DNA of 64,000 nt, taken from the NCBI RefSeq assembly GCF_044704955.1, contig NC_091995.1, positions 15,500,001-15,564,000 of the forward strand, given 5' to 3'. The translations under genes were made by a program, and so were the position numbers. The notes under the pieces were generated by a model. It saw only the letters and a list, made by a program, of their open reading frames with translations. It had not been told where the DNA came from and ran no database searches. Each line of letters opens with the position of its first letter. Positions within the stretch are counted from its first letter, which is position 1. The stretch comes from Pristiophorus japonicus (lineage: Eukaryota). Positions 49,001-62,274 of the stretch are shown here, in pieces.

Positions 49001-49730
49001 CTCGAAAAGGAATTGGATAAATACTTAACCAGGAAAAGTTTACAGGGCTATGGGGAAAGGGAGGGGGTCTAATTGGATTGCTCTTTCAAAGAGCCGGCAC
49101 AGGCACAATGGACCGAAAGGACTCCTTCTGTTCCATGTGTTTCATCATCCAATGGCGGGAAAAAACGTTCAAGTATTCTTGCAGTACTGCAGTTGAACAG
49201 CTGATGGCACTGTATGTGAAAATAACACAGCTCAGGGCAGCCCTTGTGCTGTTTACTGACAGTTTAATTCCCTCCGTGCTCTTTTCAATGGGCTAGACTT
49301 TCCACTAAGTGGCTATCGCCCCAAAAAATGGGCCTTGTTCCAGCGATGTAGGACATTTCAGCCTTACTGATCAATGGTACATGGCCCATTTTTTTTTGCG
49401 ATTTTCCACTTGGCTTTAGGCCGGCGATGTGGAATGGGCGATCTGATTTTTCGGCGAAGTTGCGTTCGCCCACCGAAAGAGGAAGTCAAAAGCTTCCCTA
49501 GCAATGGGATTCTGCGCAGGTGTGAGATTTTTTTTCGGCCGACTGGCTTTCCCGTGTTTCTCGTGTGCAGAAGGCAGAGGGAGGGGTTAGAAAGCGAGAG
49601 AGAGGGGAGAGAAGCAGGAAGGTTGGATGGATATATTTAGCAGCGATTCTTATTGAAAACAGAATTTTAATCAAATTAATAGTATCTAAAGAATTGGAGA
49701 ACAGTATATAACAGTATCTACATTTTGAAA

Positions 49731-51782
49731 ATGAGTATAGAGACAGAATTGGAAAGGGAAAGGGCCAAACCCTTTAGTGATGAGGCAAACGAGGCCCTGG
49801 TCAATGAGGTGAATGCAAGGTGGGTTGAATTGACACAGGGTGTGCATGGCAAACCGGCACACCGTGTTTACCGAAAAATCTGGTATCAGATTGCAGCCGT
49901 GGTTTCTTCTGTATCCCATGAGGCGAGGTGGGGTGAGCAGTGCAGAAAACGCTGGAATAACTTGGTGGCTGCAGCAAGAGTAAGTTGCATTTTATATTTT
50001 ATATTTTACTGATTATATTTTATATTTTATTGATGCATGCAATTTTTTATTTGAGCAATGAATCTCCTGCATTGAATCTAATTTTTGAATGTTTTAGTTA
50101 AACCATGTTAACAGTAATTTGCAATTAATAATTTAAAATTAATATGTAATATTTTACTTTTGCATGTAAATTTTTATTAGAGCAATGAATGTCTTGCATT
50201 TAATTCAACTTGGACATTCTTTATTGTATTAATTAAACCATGTCAATAGTAAGTTGCATCTTCTATTTCAAATTTTATATGTATATTTTACTGATGCATG
50301 CATGCAAATTTTTAATATCACAATGAATCTCCTTCATTGAATTTAAGTTTGTCATTGTTAAATGTGTTACATGAACCAGCAGCATGTAACATTTTAAACA
50401 TTTTAAATTGTTGTGACCTCAAGATACTATCTAGTCCATTAGCTTATGCCATGCCATGCCATGCTCTTTTCTCGTTTGCAGAAGAAGATATCTATCAACC
50501 ACGCCGAGCAATGGCGGATGGGGGTGGGGGGTGGGGGGGGGGGGGCGGTGGCATTGATCCGCTACAACCTTTAACAGAAATCGAACAGCATGCGGCTGCG
50601 CTGGCTGACCATGAAAGCCATTCGGCTACCACCCATGGTCGAACCCAGCCATGCGTCTCATGAGTAATTTGTAATGTGTCGAACTGTATAAAAACAGTAT
50701 TCAAAACTTAAGTATGTAATTGATCGAATGTCCTGTAATTATAATGCAAAATGCAATATAATTGTAATGTGCTTATGATGTACTAATGATGTAATGTCAT
50801 TTCATGCATGCATAAGAAGCAGGGCCTATGAAGCATGGACTGCAGCAGCTACAGCTTTCTGGGGTAGTGAAAAGTATTGATTTGTAATGTCTCTTGGTGG
50901 TGTATACCGTTATGTTAGAATAAGCTCTGTAAAAGTGTCATCATTTGTGTTTTTAAGGTTAACCTGATACACTGGTACAGGTGCAGTCGGCACCCGCACC
51001 TTCAACATCTCCATCGGTGGAGCAGGAGGAACTTGAGGAGCTGGAGGAACCTGATCTATTTCCTGACCTCGAGGATGAGGAGGAACAGCAGGAGAATGAA
51101 GAGGAGCTGGAGCTCCTGCATGAGGTGGCTGCTGTTGTAGGGGGTGGGGAGGGGTGGGGGACTTGCGGTCATCTCAACTGAGATGGAAGAGGCACCGGGA
51201 CCAAGCGATGTGTAGCTGGCGATGCCAATGCGTGACATATTGCACATGCCGACCCCACGGAGGTCGGGTCAGCGAGGTGAGCAATCGACCACCTTGGAAG
51301 GGCAGATGGAGGGCTTGATCTCCACGTGCAGGGAGACGGTCGCGATAGGTTTCGAGCTTATCCAGGGGTTCCATCAGTTCTCCACGAACTTTTCCAACTG
51401 GTCTGTCATGCAAACTGAGTTAGCACGACAGACCTTGGAGTGGATCAGAGAGCAGACCGCAGCAACCAGTGCCCTTCGGCATGCATTGCTGGCTGGACAC
51501 GGCGCTGCACCCCAAGGTGTCGTGTTGGGCCCAAGTGCAACCCCAAGCACTCAAGCCAGTACGGCGGATACGGAACATCGTCATGCTTTGTCTTTCACTC
51601 CCACACCACCACCACGGCAGGAAGTCTTGTCGTTGCCCGCTGCATGCCAGCTGCGTCTCGGTCTGCGGAAACAAAACAGGCGGCTGGTGTTAAAACATGG
51701 GGTGGGAAAGGACCTGGAGGGAGACGTGGCCACAGGTCGGGAGGGGGGTTGGTTTTTCATATTAATTTTTAATTTTTTTTAA
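49731..51782 (+). pseudogene. Harbinger Myb/SANT-like DNA-binding protein (spliced)
   Basis: Exon 49731-49979 RAKPFSDEANEALV..W..IAAVVS..QCRKRWNNL with AGA|GTAAGT; acceptor tttgcag|AAGAAG at 50482; acidic third exon from about 50958. Confidence 0.75.
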
Positions 51783-52100
51783 GTTCGTTCATTCATTGTT
51801 GTTTGGGGTGGGGTGGGGGGGAGGGCTGGGTTTGTGGGGGGTGAGGGTGTTGATAAAATATTTTTAATAATTCGTTTTGTTAAATAACATTTTTTATTGA
51901 GTTGTTGTGCCTTCTCTCACAGTTAACATTTTAGCAATTGTTCTGCATTAGTTGAGCATTGTATTATTGTTACAAAAGTTTACTTAACTTGCGCATTAAT
52001 GTAAATGCAAGGCCACTGCAGGCAAGGCAGAAACGTAACTCTACGCAAATGCAACTTTTGCTCAACAATAAATGTAAATGTGAGCATCCACAATGAAAGG

Positions 52101-53332
52101 TCATGAAAAGCGTTCATAAATGAGCTGCTGACGCAACAGCTTAGCAGCCGCGTAACTGCCACTGGGTACTGGTCTTCGGGGGAGGGGGGGGACCAGGGCT
52201 AGATCGCCAGGCTGATTGCCCTCCCCTAGGTCCTCACCAGCTTCTTCTTCTGCCTCTTCTCCTCTTCCTCCTCGCCAGCTGGCTCTTCCTTCTCCCCTCC
52301 TTCTGGAGGTGGGCCTGCAGCCCCATCTGGCATTATAGCTCCTTATCCTCTCCTTTTAGCTAGGTTATGCAGCATACAACACACCACAATAAACTCAGCA
52401 ACTTGGTCAGAGTGGTACTGTAGGCTGCTACCAGAATGATCCAGGCATCTGAAGCGCTGCTTTAGGACTCCAATTGTCTTTTTGACTTTGTTGCGTGTTG
52501 CTATGTGGCTTTCATTGTAACGTTTCTCCACTTCAGTGACGGGATTACGCAGTGGGGTCATCAGCCAACTGGCAAGGCCATATCCCTTATCCCCCAGCAT
52601 CCAACCGTGACCTTCTGGCTGATTGAGAAACAGGTCAGGGATAGCACTCTCACGTAGGATGTGCGCATCATGGATGCTGCCAGAAAATGTAGCATTTACT
52701 GTCATGGTTATTTGCTTGTGGTCGACAACAAGCTGCACATTTAGGAAGTGGAATCCCTTTCTGTTACGAAATACCTCCGTGTTCTTTAAGAGGGATTTCA
52801 GGGCAATGTGCATGCAGTCTATTGCTCCCTGCACCTTGGGGAAGTCTGCTATTCTGGAGAGACCCAAAGCCCTCTCGGTCTGTGCGTCCCTGGTCATAAG
52901 GAAACTGATAAAGTCCATCCTGTGAGCGTAAAGGGCTTCAGTCACCTGCCGAATACAGCAGTGTGTGGCATGCTGAGAGATATGACAGATGTCTCCAGCT
53001 GAAGCCTGAAAAGATCCCAAAGCTTAGAAGGCTAGGGCTGCAGTAACCTTCACCTCAACGGACAGTGCGGTTCTGATGCTGCTTGAAGGCTGAAGGTCCC
53101 CCTTGATGAGCTGGCAAATCACATCGATAACCTCCTTCCAGAATCACCGTCTCCTAAGTCACGTGTTTTCAGTCAAGTTGAGGTAAGATTGCGTTTCTTT
53201 GTACCTTCATTGGCTGTACGCTCGCCTCCTCTGTCTCTGTCTATGCATTTCTCTGCCACCTCTTCGATTGATCCTTTTAGAAACCAGCTTGTGAGCAGTT
53301 AGGAGTAATGGCGCAGAAAGCATAGGCTCTAT
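52101..53332 (-). pseudogene. Harbinger (HARBI1-like) DDE transposase
   Basis: GAIDCMHI, RNRKGFH, GSIHDAHIL, WMLGDKGY, GVLKQRFRCL, CCMLHN, acidic tail; several in-frame stops. Confidence 0.9.
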
Positions 53333-53524
53333 CACTATCAATAATTATTTTCAATTGCTATAAATGCACTTTTCACTAAAGAATGTCAATCTATTAAACT
53401 ACTCTCTCTGTACAAGCCGTAGTCTGCATACCAATCTCAGTCTAGTACTCTCTCTATTCCAGCCCCAGTCTAACACTAGATTTCACTTGAAAGATGATGT
53501 ATAAATCCAAGGGGCCTAGAGTGA

Positions 53525-53950
53525 CGGTCAATTTGAGCTCCGCTCACTGAGTGCGGCAGCAGGAGCCGGACTGAAGCCACAGTCCCAGTTATTGGCGGTG
53601 TCCCATTGGCAGAAATGCTGCATGCACCAGGCAGTGTGCCAGCGATATTCCAGCGCAGGCGGCCGGTAGATAAACAGCAACATAGAGAACGAACAGCTCA
53701 TCGCTGACCCCAACAGCACAGATCCCCTGGCTTCGACCTCCCTCGAAGAGAGTGGGCACCACTCAACCCAATCTTCACAGGGCAGCATGAGCGAAGCAGC
53801 TGTCTGCTCCATCCGACCCAAGGGCCTGTATCCCAGACCACGGAACATATCACATCGACCTGCTGCGGGAGGCACCCCATCTCCACACTTGGCATCTCGG
53901 GAGGCCATCAAATGGATAGCCAGGCTAGACATCCCATAATATGCTTCTCC
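53525..53950 (+). mobile_element. Vingi/Ingi-like LINE 3' fragment
   Basis: PGFDLPRREWAPLN..FTG-like C-terminal motif at about 53725-53785. Confidence 0.5.
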
Positions 53951-54029
53951 CATCATAAGAAAGAAAAAACATAAGAACATAAGAATTAGGAGCAGGAGTT
54001 GGCCATTTGGCTCCTCAAGCAATCAATAA

Positions 54030-54180
54030 NNNNNNNNNNNNNNNNNNNNNNNNNNNNNNNNNNNNNNNNNNNNNNNNNNNNNNNNNNNNNNNNNNNNNNN
54101 NNNNNNNNNNNNNNNNNNNNNNNNNNNNNNNNNNNNNNNNNNNNNNNNNNNNNNNNNNNNNNNNNNNNNNNNNNNNNNNN
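54030..54180. other. assembly gap (151 N)
   Basis: Run of N. Confidence 1.
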
Positions 54181-54645
54181 AAAGACTTGTATTTATATAG
54201 CACCTTTCACGACCACTGGATATCACAAAATGTTTCACAGCCAATGAAGTACAGTTGGAGTGTAGTCACTGTTGTAATGTGGGAAATGCAGCAGCCAATT
54301 TGCGCACAACAAGTTCCCACAAACAGCAATATGATAATGACCAGATAATCTGTCTATAATGATGTTGATTGTGGGATGATTATTGGCCAGGACACTGGGG
54401 ATAACTCCCCTGCTCTTCTTCGAAATAGTGCCCATGGTATCTTTTATGTCCACCTGAGTGAGCAAACAAGGCCTCGGTTTAACATCTTACCCAAAAGACA
54501 GCACCTCCGACAGTGCAGCACTCCCTCAGCACTGCACTGGAATCTCAGTCTGGATATATGTGCTCAAGTCCCTGGAGTGCGATTTGAACCCACAACCTTC
54601 TGGCTCAGAAGGCGAGTGTGCTACCCACTGAGCCACAGCTGACAC
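54181..54645 (-). mobile_element. DeuSINE
   Basis: Full copy. Confidence 0.82.
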
Positions 54646-55254
54646 TGAACAACAACAGCAGAGGGGGAGGAAAAATGTCCTGTAACGCTCACCAGCTGTG
54701 CAGTGGGTAAGCAGAGGGTTACTCTTGAAATGCTGCCAGTGTTTCCAACAGGAGCCATCGAGGCTAATCTCATGCCAGGAAGAGCAGGGAGGTGTCGTGT
54801 GGTGAACTATTCTACAGGTATGTTGCTGAACCTGCAGGGTTACCTCTCAGCTGAAGGGAAGATTTAAGTTGTCACCTGACCATCACATCGATATTCACTA
54901 AATCTGACAGCCCTGCCCACATTTCCTGCAAGTTCTTTTAACAGGACACTGATGAACTTTACATTCAGAAGTTTAAATGTGCAAGGAGTTTACAGTATTA
55001 TGGTATAGATGTAGGGTCTGTGATTACTAATCCATTTGAAAAGGGCTCCTTCAACCAACAAATGATTGAGAACCTCTGCTGTAGCTGGCAATCCGCCTTA
55101 TGTAAACCCACTGGAGGAGCAACACACATCAAAACAAAATGGCACTTTTGGTTTGATTTGCAAAGATGTCTCAGCACCAAGTAAGATAAACTATCGCCCA
55201 GGCACGAGCTCGACAGGCCGAATGGTCTCCTTCTGTGCTGTAACCATTCTATGC

Positions 55255-55760
55255 TTCTATATAGCACCTTCAACGTAGTAGAAATGTCACATGGCACCTC
55301 ACAGATGTGTTATCATTCAAAGATTTGAAACCAAGCCACATAAGGAGATATTAGGACAAAGCTTGGTCAAAGAGGTAGGTTTTAAGGAGTGTCTTAAAGG
55401 AGGAGAGAGAGATACGGAGAGGTTTAGGGAGGGAATTGCAGAGCTTAGGGCCTAGGCAGCTAAAAGCACGGCCACCTATGCTGGAGTGAAGGAAATCGGG
55501 GATGCACAGGAGGCCAGAATTGGAGGAGTGCAGAGATGTCGGAGGGTTGTAGGGCTGGAGGAGGTTACAGAGAGAGGGAGGAGCGCGAAACCAACATTCC
55601 TGCTATCTGTGTGGCCACAAGGTCCAGTCCAGGCTTTTACAGAGAAGAAACCACGCATGCGTGAAAATCTGAATGTGCCGCGCAGCCAGTTAAAGGGCTT
55701 GCACAGGGAGAACAAATTAGAGGGAACATTGGGCGAGGCCATGGAGGGATTTGAACACAA
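55255..55760 (-). mobile_element. L2 3' end containing a hAT-type MITE (55592-55731)
   Basis: MITE ends caacattcc..attagagggaacattg, same family as 28915-29035. Confidence 0.7.
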
Positions 55761-55814
55761 GACCACTGAGCACTCCATCCATGGCTTTGTGGGTAGCTAT
55801 GATCCAGCAGATGC

Positions 55815-57770
55815 AGATGCATTCGTTATAATCTACCAAAATTCTCTGGACTCTGGGGAGGTACCAGCGGATTGGAAAGCAGCTAATGTAACGCCTCTGT
55901 TTAAAAAAGGGGGCAGACAAAAGGCAGGTAACTATAGGCCAGTTAGTTTAACATCTGTAGTGGGGAAAATGCTTGAAACTATCATTAAGGAAGAAATAGC
56001 GGGACATCTAGATAGGAATAGTGCAATCAAGCAGATGCAGCATGGATTCATGAAGGGGAAATCATGTTTAACTAATTTACTGGAATTCTTTGAGGATATA
56101 ACGAGCATGGTGGATAGAGGTGTACCGATGGATGTGGTGTATTTAGATTTCCAAAAGGCATTCGATAAGGTGCCACACAAAAGGTTACTGCAGAAGATAA
56201 AGGTACGCGGAGTCAGAGGAAATGTATTAGCATGGATAGAAAATTGGCTGGCTAACAGAAAGCAGAGAGTTGGGATAAATGGGTCCTTTTCGGGTTGGAA
56301 ATCGGTGGTTAGTGGTGTGCCACAGGGATCGCTGCTGGGACCACAACTGTTTACAATATACATAGATGATCTGGAAGAAGGGACAGAGTGTAGTGTAACA
56401 AAATTTGCAGATGACACAAAGATTAGTGGGAAAGCGGGTTGTGTAGAGGAGACAGAGAGGCTGCAAAGAGATTTAGTTAAGCGAATGGGCTAAGGGTTTG
56501 CAGATGGAATACAATGCCGGAAAGTGTGAGATCATCCACCTTGGGGAAAAAAAACAGTAAAAGGGAATATTATTTGAATGGGGAGAAATTACAACATGCT
56601 GCGGTGCAGAGGGACCTGAGGGTCCTTGTGCATGAAACTCTTTTAGAGTCTACCTGCAAAACATAAACATTAAACTGTGCCACCCGACCTGGGTGACACA
56701 CCAGACATTTACAAGGCCCTTTTTTCCTTTTTTTGGTTTTTTTTTTTGTGTTTTTTGTTTTTTTTTTTTGTTTTTTTTTTTTGGGCACTAAAATCACAAT
56801 TTCTCCGGTGCCCCCTATAAAAGGGAAGGGGACACTAAAAGCACCGGCAATTAAAACAAATTAAACTTTAAAACGTAAAATCAAATTAAAATTTGGTTGC
56901 CGGGCGTGATGATGCACTCCAGTCCCTCCGGTGCCCACCTCTCGCGGAAGGCCGCGAGCGTACCGGTGGACACCGCGTGCTCCATCTCCAAGGACACCCT
57001 GGACCGGATGTAAGAGCGGAAGAGAGGCAGGCAGTCAGGTTGTCCTTGTGCATGAATCCCAAAAGGTTAGTTTGCAGGTGCAGCAGGTAATCAGGAAGGC
57101 GAATGGAATGTTGGTCTTCATTGCGAGAGGGATGGAGTACAAAAGCAGGGAGGTCCTTCCGCAACTGTATAGGATATTGGTGAGGCTGCACCTGGAGTAC
57201 TGCATGCAGTTTTGGTCACCTCACTTAAAGAAGGATATATTAGCTTTGGAGGGGGTACAAAGACGATTCACTAGGCTGATTCCGGAGATGAGGGGGTTAC
57301 CTTATGATGATAGATTGAGTAGACTGGGTCTTTACTCGTTGGAGTTCAGAAGGATGAAGGGTGATCTTATAGAAACATTTAAAATAATGAAAGGGATAGA
57401 CAAGATAGAGGCAGAGAGGTTGTTTCCACTGGTCAGGGAGACTAGAACTAGGGGGCACAGCCTCAAAATACGGGGGAGCCAATTTAAAACCGAGTTGAGA
57501 AGGAATTTCTTCTCCCAGAGGGTTGTGAATCTGTGGAATTCTCTGTCCAAGGAAGCAGTTGAGGCTAGCTCATTGAATGTATTCAAGTCACAGATAGATA
57601 GATTTTTAACTAATAAGGGAATTAAGGGTTATGGGGAGCGGGCGGGTAAGTGGAGCTGAGTCCACGGCCAGATCAGCCATGATCTTGTTGAATGGCGGAG
57701 CAGGCTCGAGGGGCTAGATGGCCTACTCCTGTTCCTAATTCTTATGTTCTTATGTTCTTATGTTCTTATG
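55815..57770 (+). mobile_element. CR1 RT-to-3' end interrupted by Tx1
   Basis: ORFs 55486-56493 and 56931-57659; (CTTATGTT)n tail. Confidence 0.9.
56637..57041 (-). mobile_element. 5'-truncated Tx1/L1-clade LINE with 15-bp TSD
   Basis: TSD GTCCTTGTGCATGAA (56622-56636, 57042-57056); ORF2 end PDCLPLFRSYIRSRVSLEMEHAVSTGTLAAFRERWAPEG..ILI*; A-rich 3' UTR. Confidence 0.8.
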
Positions 57771-57984
57771 TACTAAACAGAGGGTTGATACTAAATGCTG
57801 GCAAATCCACAGCCAGGCAGGTAGTGAATTTGCCTCCACCACCCTTTCAGGCAGTGCATTCAAGATCCTAACAACACGGTGCGTAAAAAATGTCTTCTCA
57901 TCGTCCCCTCTGATTCTTTTGTCAATTACCTTAAATCTGTGTCCTCTGCCAATGGAAATCATTTCTCCCCATCTACTCTATCAA

Positions 57985-58620
57985 ATACTTGCCTTTATTA
58001 GTCGAGGCATGGAATACAAGAGCTAGGAGGTTATGCTTGAACTGTATAAAACACTGGTTAGGCCACAGCTGGAGTACTGTGTGCAGTTCTGGTCACCACA
58101 TTACAGGAAAGATGTGATTGCATTGGAAAGGGTGCAGTGGAGATTTACAAGAATGTTGCCTGGACTGAAGAATGTTGGCTATGAGGAAAGATGGGAAATG
58201 CTGGGTCTGTTTTCTTTGGAACAGCAGAGGCTGAGGGAAGAGGTGATTGAAGTGTATAACATTATGAGGGGCCTGGATAGAGTGGATAGGAAGGACCTGT
58301 TTCCCTTGGCAGAAGGGTCAACAACCAGGGGGCATAGATTTAAAGTAATTGTGGGGAGATATAGAGGAGATATGAGGGGAAATTTCTTCACCCAGAGAGT
58401 GGTGGGGATCTGTAACTCGCTGCCTGAAAGGGTGGTAGAGGCAGAAACCGTACCACATTAAAAAAATATTTGGACGTGCACTTAAAGTGCCATAACCTAC
58501 AGGACTACGGATCACGAGCTGGAAAGTGGGATTAGGCTGGATAGCTCTTGGTCGGCCGGCGCGGACACAATGGGCCGAAATGGCCTCCTTCCGTGCTGTA
58601 AATTTCTATGACTCTATGAT
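57985..58620 (+). mobile_element. CR1 3' fragment
   Basis: ORF 58033-58461. Confidence 0.85.
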
Positions 58621-59469
58621 TCTATTAGCAAAGGTTTAACAATCACACCACACATTACCAATTCATCCACCAAGCTCACAACCACCTGCCTCATCGTGGA
58701 CCCCCCAAGAACAACTGGCTGGGGTTTTATTGAGTCTTGGGAATAACATGTGACTGGCTAAGCCACTCACGGCTCAACCAACCTGTGCATACATTACACT
58801 AGTCGATCCCCACACTTCTAATCCAAACACTGTTAGCCCTGATGAGTAGGGCGGTTGATTCAGGTTAGAGAATTTCTGCCCTGACCTCATGTTGCACAAA
58901 TTGCGGCCATGTGCCCAAAATTCATCCAGAGGTAGTGATGAGGCTCGGATCTAGGTGAGAGTAGTTGTGGTTAACTCTTCACTGCCCTCAGAAATGGCCT
59001 AGCAAGCCACTCAGTTGTACCAAACCGTGACAAAGAAGTACACAAAGAATGAAAACTGGACAGGCCACCCGACATCAACTCGGCAGCTGAGCCTGGGCAT
59101 GGAGAACAGCAAACTGGAGCTGGAGCTGGAGCTGGAGCTGGGGGGCCAGGGTACAGGGTCGGTATTCTATAGACAAGTACGCAAGCTTCTCCAAGATTAA
59201 TGTGCTCACCTAAACTGCAATCTCTTAAAACCAGGGAGCGAGGACCTGAGGGAGGGAGGGAGGGGGTCAGGTGGAATATATGTGCGTGTGTGTATGTGTG
59301 TGTGTGTGTGCTCGGCCCATGGAGCAGAGCTTGGTCTCCAATCATCTTGGATCCCCTTGCCACTGGACCAAGACCGAGCTCAGTCAAGCCCGTGTGGTGG
59401 CTGCAGTGCAACAGCCACCCCATGTTTAAATAATTCACGCACAGGCACCTCCCACCCTTTAAAATGACA

Positions 59470-59995
59470 CAGAAACACAGAAACATAGAAAGTAGGTACA
59501 GGAGTAGGCCATTCGGCCCTTCGAGCCTGCACCACCATTCAATAAGATCATGGCTGATCATGCAACGTCAGTACCCCACCCCTGCTTTCTCTCCATACCC
59601 CTTGATCCCTTTAGCCGTAAGGGCTACATCTAACTCCCTTTTGAATATATCTAACGAACTGGCCTCAACAACTTTCTGCGGTAGAGAATTCCACATGCTC
59701 ATAATTCTCTGAGTGAAGAAGTTTCTCCTCATCTCGGTCCTAAATGGCTTACCCCTTATCCTCAGACTGTGACCTCTGGTTCTGGACTTCCCCAACATCG
59801 AGAACCTTCTTCCTGCATCTAACCTGTCCAATCCCGTCAGAATTTTATATGTTTCTATGAGATCCCCTCTCATTCTTCTAAATTCCAGTGAGTATAAGCC
59901 TAGTCGATCCAATCTTTCTTCATATGTCAGTCCTGCCATCCCGGGAATCAGTCTGGTGAATCTTCACTGCACTCTCTCAATAGCAAGAATGTTCT
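59470..59995 (-). mobile_element. CR1 3' fragment
   Basis: ORF 59568-59939. Confidence 0.88.
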
Positions 59996-60597
59996 TCCCC
60001 ATTTGGGACCTGGCCTGCATTGGTCTCATCGGCCACCTTACAACTCATTTTAGTGTGGAAGCAAGTCATCCTTGACTTTGGGGGACTGGCTGAGAAGAAG
60101 GTGGCTCCTGACATGACAACGGTACACCCAGCCCAGTAGATCCGGCAAAGTCCTCCTCCGAGGCATCTTGGGCAGCACTTCCCAACACCTAGAAGGACAA
60201 GGGCTGTAGGTTATTGGGGACACCAGCACCTCCATGTTCCCTCCAAGTCACACACACCATCCCGACTTGGAAATATATCGGACGTTCCTTCAACTTCGCT
60301 GCGTCACAATCCTGGAACTCCCTCCCTAACAGCACTGTGGGAGCACCTTCACCACACAGATTGCAGCAGTTCAAGAAAGCATCTCGAGGGCAACTAGGGA
60401 TGTGCAATAAACCCCTCCCCTCCCCCCGATACCCACAAAGGGATGCCGGTATTTACTACCACCAGTGGTTCCACTTCACAGCCACTCTCCCTGAACTGCC
60501 AGGATGCAAGTAATAAATGATTGGTTGGCAGTATCAGCTGCGGTTATTGTCGCAGCTCCGGCGATGAGGCTTTCTTCCACCCACAATTCTGACCAAT

Positions 60598-61105
60598 CAT
60601 AAGAACATAAGAAATAGGAGCAGGAGTAGGTCATTGGCCCGTCGAGTCTGCTCCGCTATTTAATAAGATCATGGCCGATCTGATCTTGGCCTCAGCTCCG
60701 CTTCCCTGCCCGCTCCACATAACCCTTGACTCCCTTATCATTCAGAAATCTGTCAACCTCCACCTTAAATATATTCAATGACCCATCCTCCACAGCTCTC
60801 TGGGGCAGAGAATTCCACAGATTTACAACCCTCTGAGAGAAGAAATTCCTCCTCATCTCAGTTTTAAATGTGCGACCCCTTATTCTGAAACTATGCCCCC
60901 TAGTTCTAGATTTCCCCCCATGAGTGGAAACATCCCCTCTGCATCTACCTTGTCGAACCCCCTCAGTATCTTATGTGTTTCAATAAGATCACCTCTCATT
61001 CTTCTGAACTCCAATGAGTATAGGCCCAACCTGCTCAACCTTTCTCAATAAATCAATCTGCTCATCTCAGGAATCAACCGAGTGAACCTTCTCTGAACTG
61101 TCTCC
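60598..61105 (-). mobile_element. CR1 3' fragment
   Basis: ETVQRRFTRLIPEM; 3' UTR. Confidence 0.82.
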
Positions 61106-61239
61106 AAGACCAAAACTAAACGAAGGAACACCTGCGAATAAATTTGCTTAAACCTGGCATTCACACAGGATCGGAACTGGGTGGCTCCCGAGTTCTGTAG
61201 GATTGAGCCATGCCACACCCAATCCCTACAGATCATTGA

Positions 61240-62226
61240 GTCAGCCTTGGCTCAGTGGGTAGCACTCTGAATTCTGAGTCAGAAAGTCGTGGATGCAAGT
61301 CCCATTCCAAGGGATTTGAGCACAAAAATCTAGGCTGACACTCCAGTGCAACAACAAGAAAAACTTGTATTTATATAGAGCCTTTAACATAGTGAAATAA
61401 CCCAAGGTGCTTCACAGGAGTATTATGTGATAAAAATTTGACACACTACAGTACTGAGGGAGTGCTGCACTGTCGGAGGTGCCGTCTTTTGGACAAGACA
61501 TTAAACTGATGCCCCGTCTGCCCTCTCAGGTGGGACATAAAAGATCCCACAGACACAAATTCGAAGAGCAGGGGATTTCTGTTCAACATTTATCCTGTAA
61601 CAAACAATTAAAAAAAACACAGGATCGGGTCATTATTGCTTTGCTGTTTGTGGGAGCTTGCTTTGTGCAGATTTGGCTGCCGTGTTTCCTACAGCACTAT
61701 AGTAACTACACTTCCAAGAAAAAGTATTTAATTGGCATGCCAAGCACCTTGGGACATCCTGAAAGAAAGAAAGACTTCTTATATAGCACCTCTTACAACT
61801 ACCGGATGTCTCAAAGTGTTTTACAGCCAATAAAGTACTTTTGGAGGGTAGTCACTGTTGCAATGTAGGAAACGCAGTAGGAAATTTGCACACAGCAAGC
61901 TCCCACAAGCAGCAATGTGATGATGACCAGATAATCTATTTTTGTTATGTTGATTGAGGGATAAATATTGGCTAGGATACCAGGGATAACCGCAATGCTC
62001 TTCTTCGAAATAGTGCCATGGGATCTTTTACGTCCACCTGAGAGAGCAGACAGGGCCTCGGTTTGACGTCACATCTGAAAGCCGGCACCTCCAACAGTGT
62101 AGTGCTCCCTCAGCACTGCACTGGAGTGTAGCCTAGATTTATGTGCTAAAGTCCCTGGTGTGGGACTTGAACCCACGATCTTCTATCTCAGAGGTGAGAG
62201 TGCCACCCACTGAGCCACAGCTGACA
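61240..62226. mobile_element. tail-to-tail pair of DeuSINEs
   Basis: + copy 61240-61760 (with an L2-tail insert), - copy 61761-62226. Confidence 0.78.
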
Positions 62227-62274
62227 CATCTGAGGTTGTGAAAGGCATGACATAGATGCAAGTCCTTTCTGGCC

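Larger units (their letters stand above)
49290..53520. mobile_element. decayed autonomous-type Harbinger DNA transposon
   Basis: Convergent Myb/SANT gene (+) and HARBI1-like transposase (-); left end gggctagactttcc; matching right TIR not found. Confidence 0.85.

Noticed and set aside
53999-54348. ORFs spanning poly-X
   Set aside because: Artefacts of the N gap
55486-56493. 335-aa ORF as a host gene
   Set aside because: Chance fusion of antisense L2/MITE sequence with CR1 RT; same for 25539-26348 and 56931-57659
58838-58885. CTGATGA hammerhead core (also about 9171 and 36919)
   Set aside because: No properly placed GAAA or three-stem geometry
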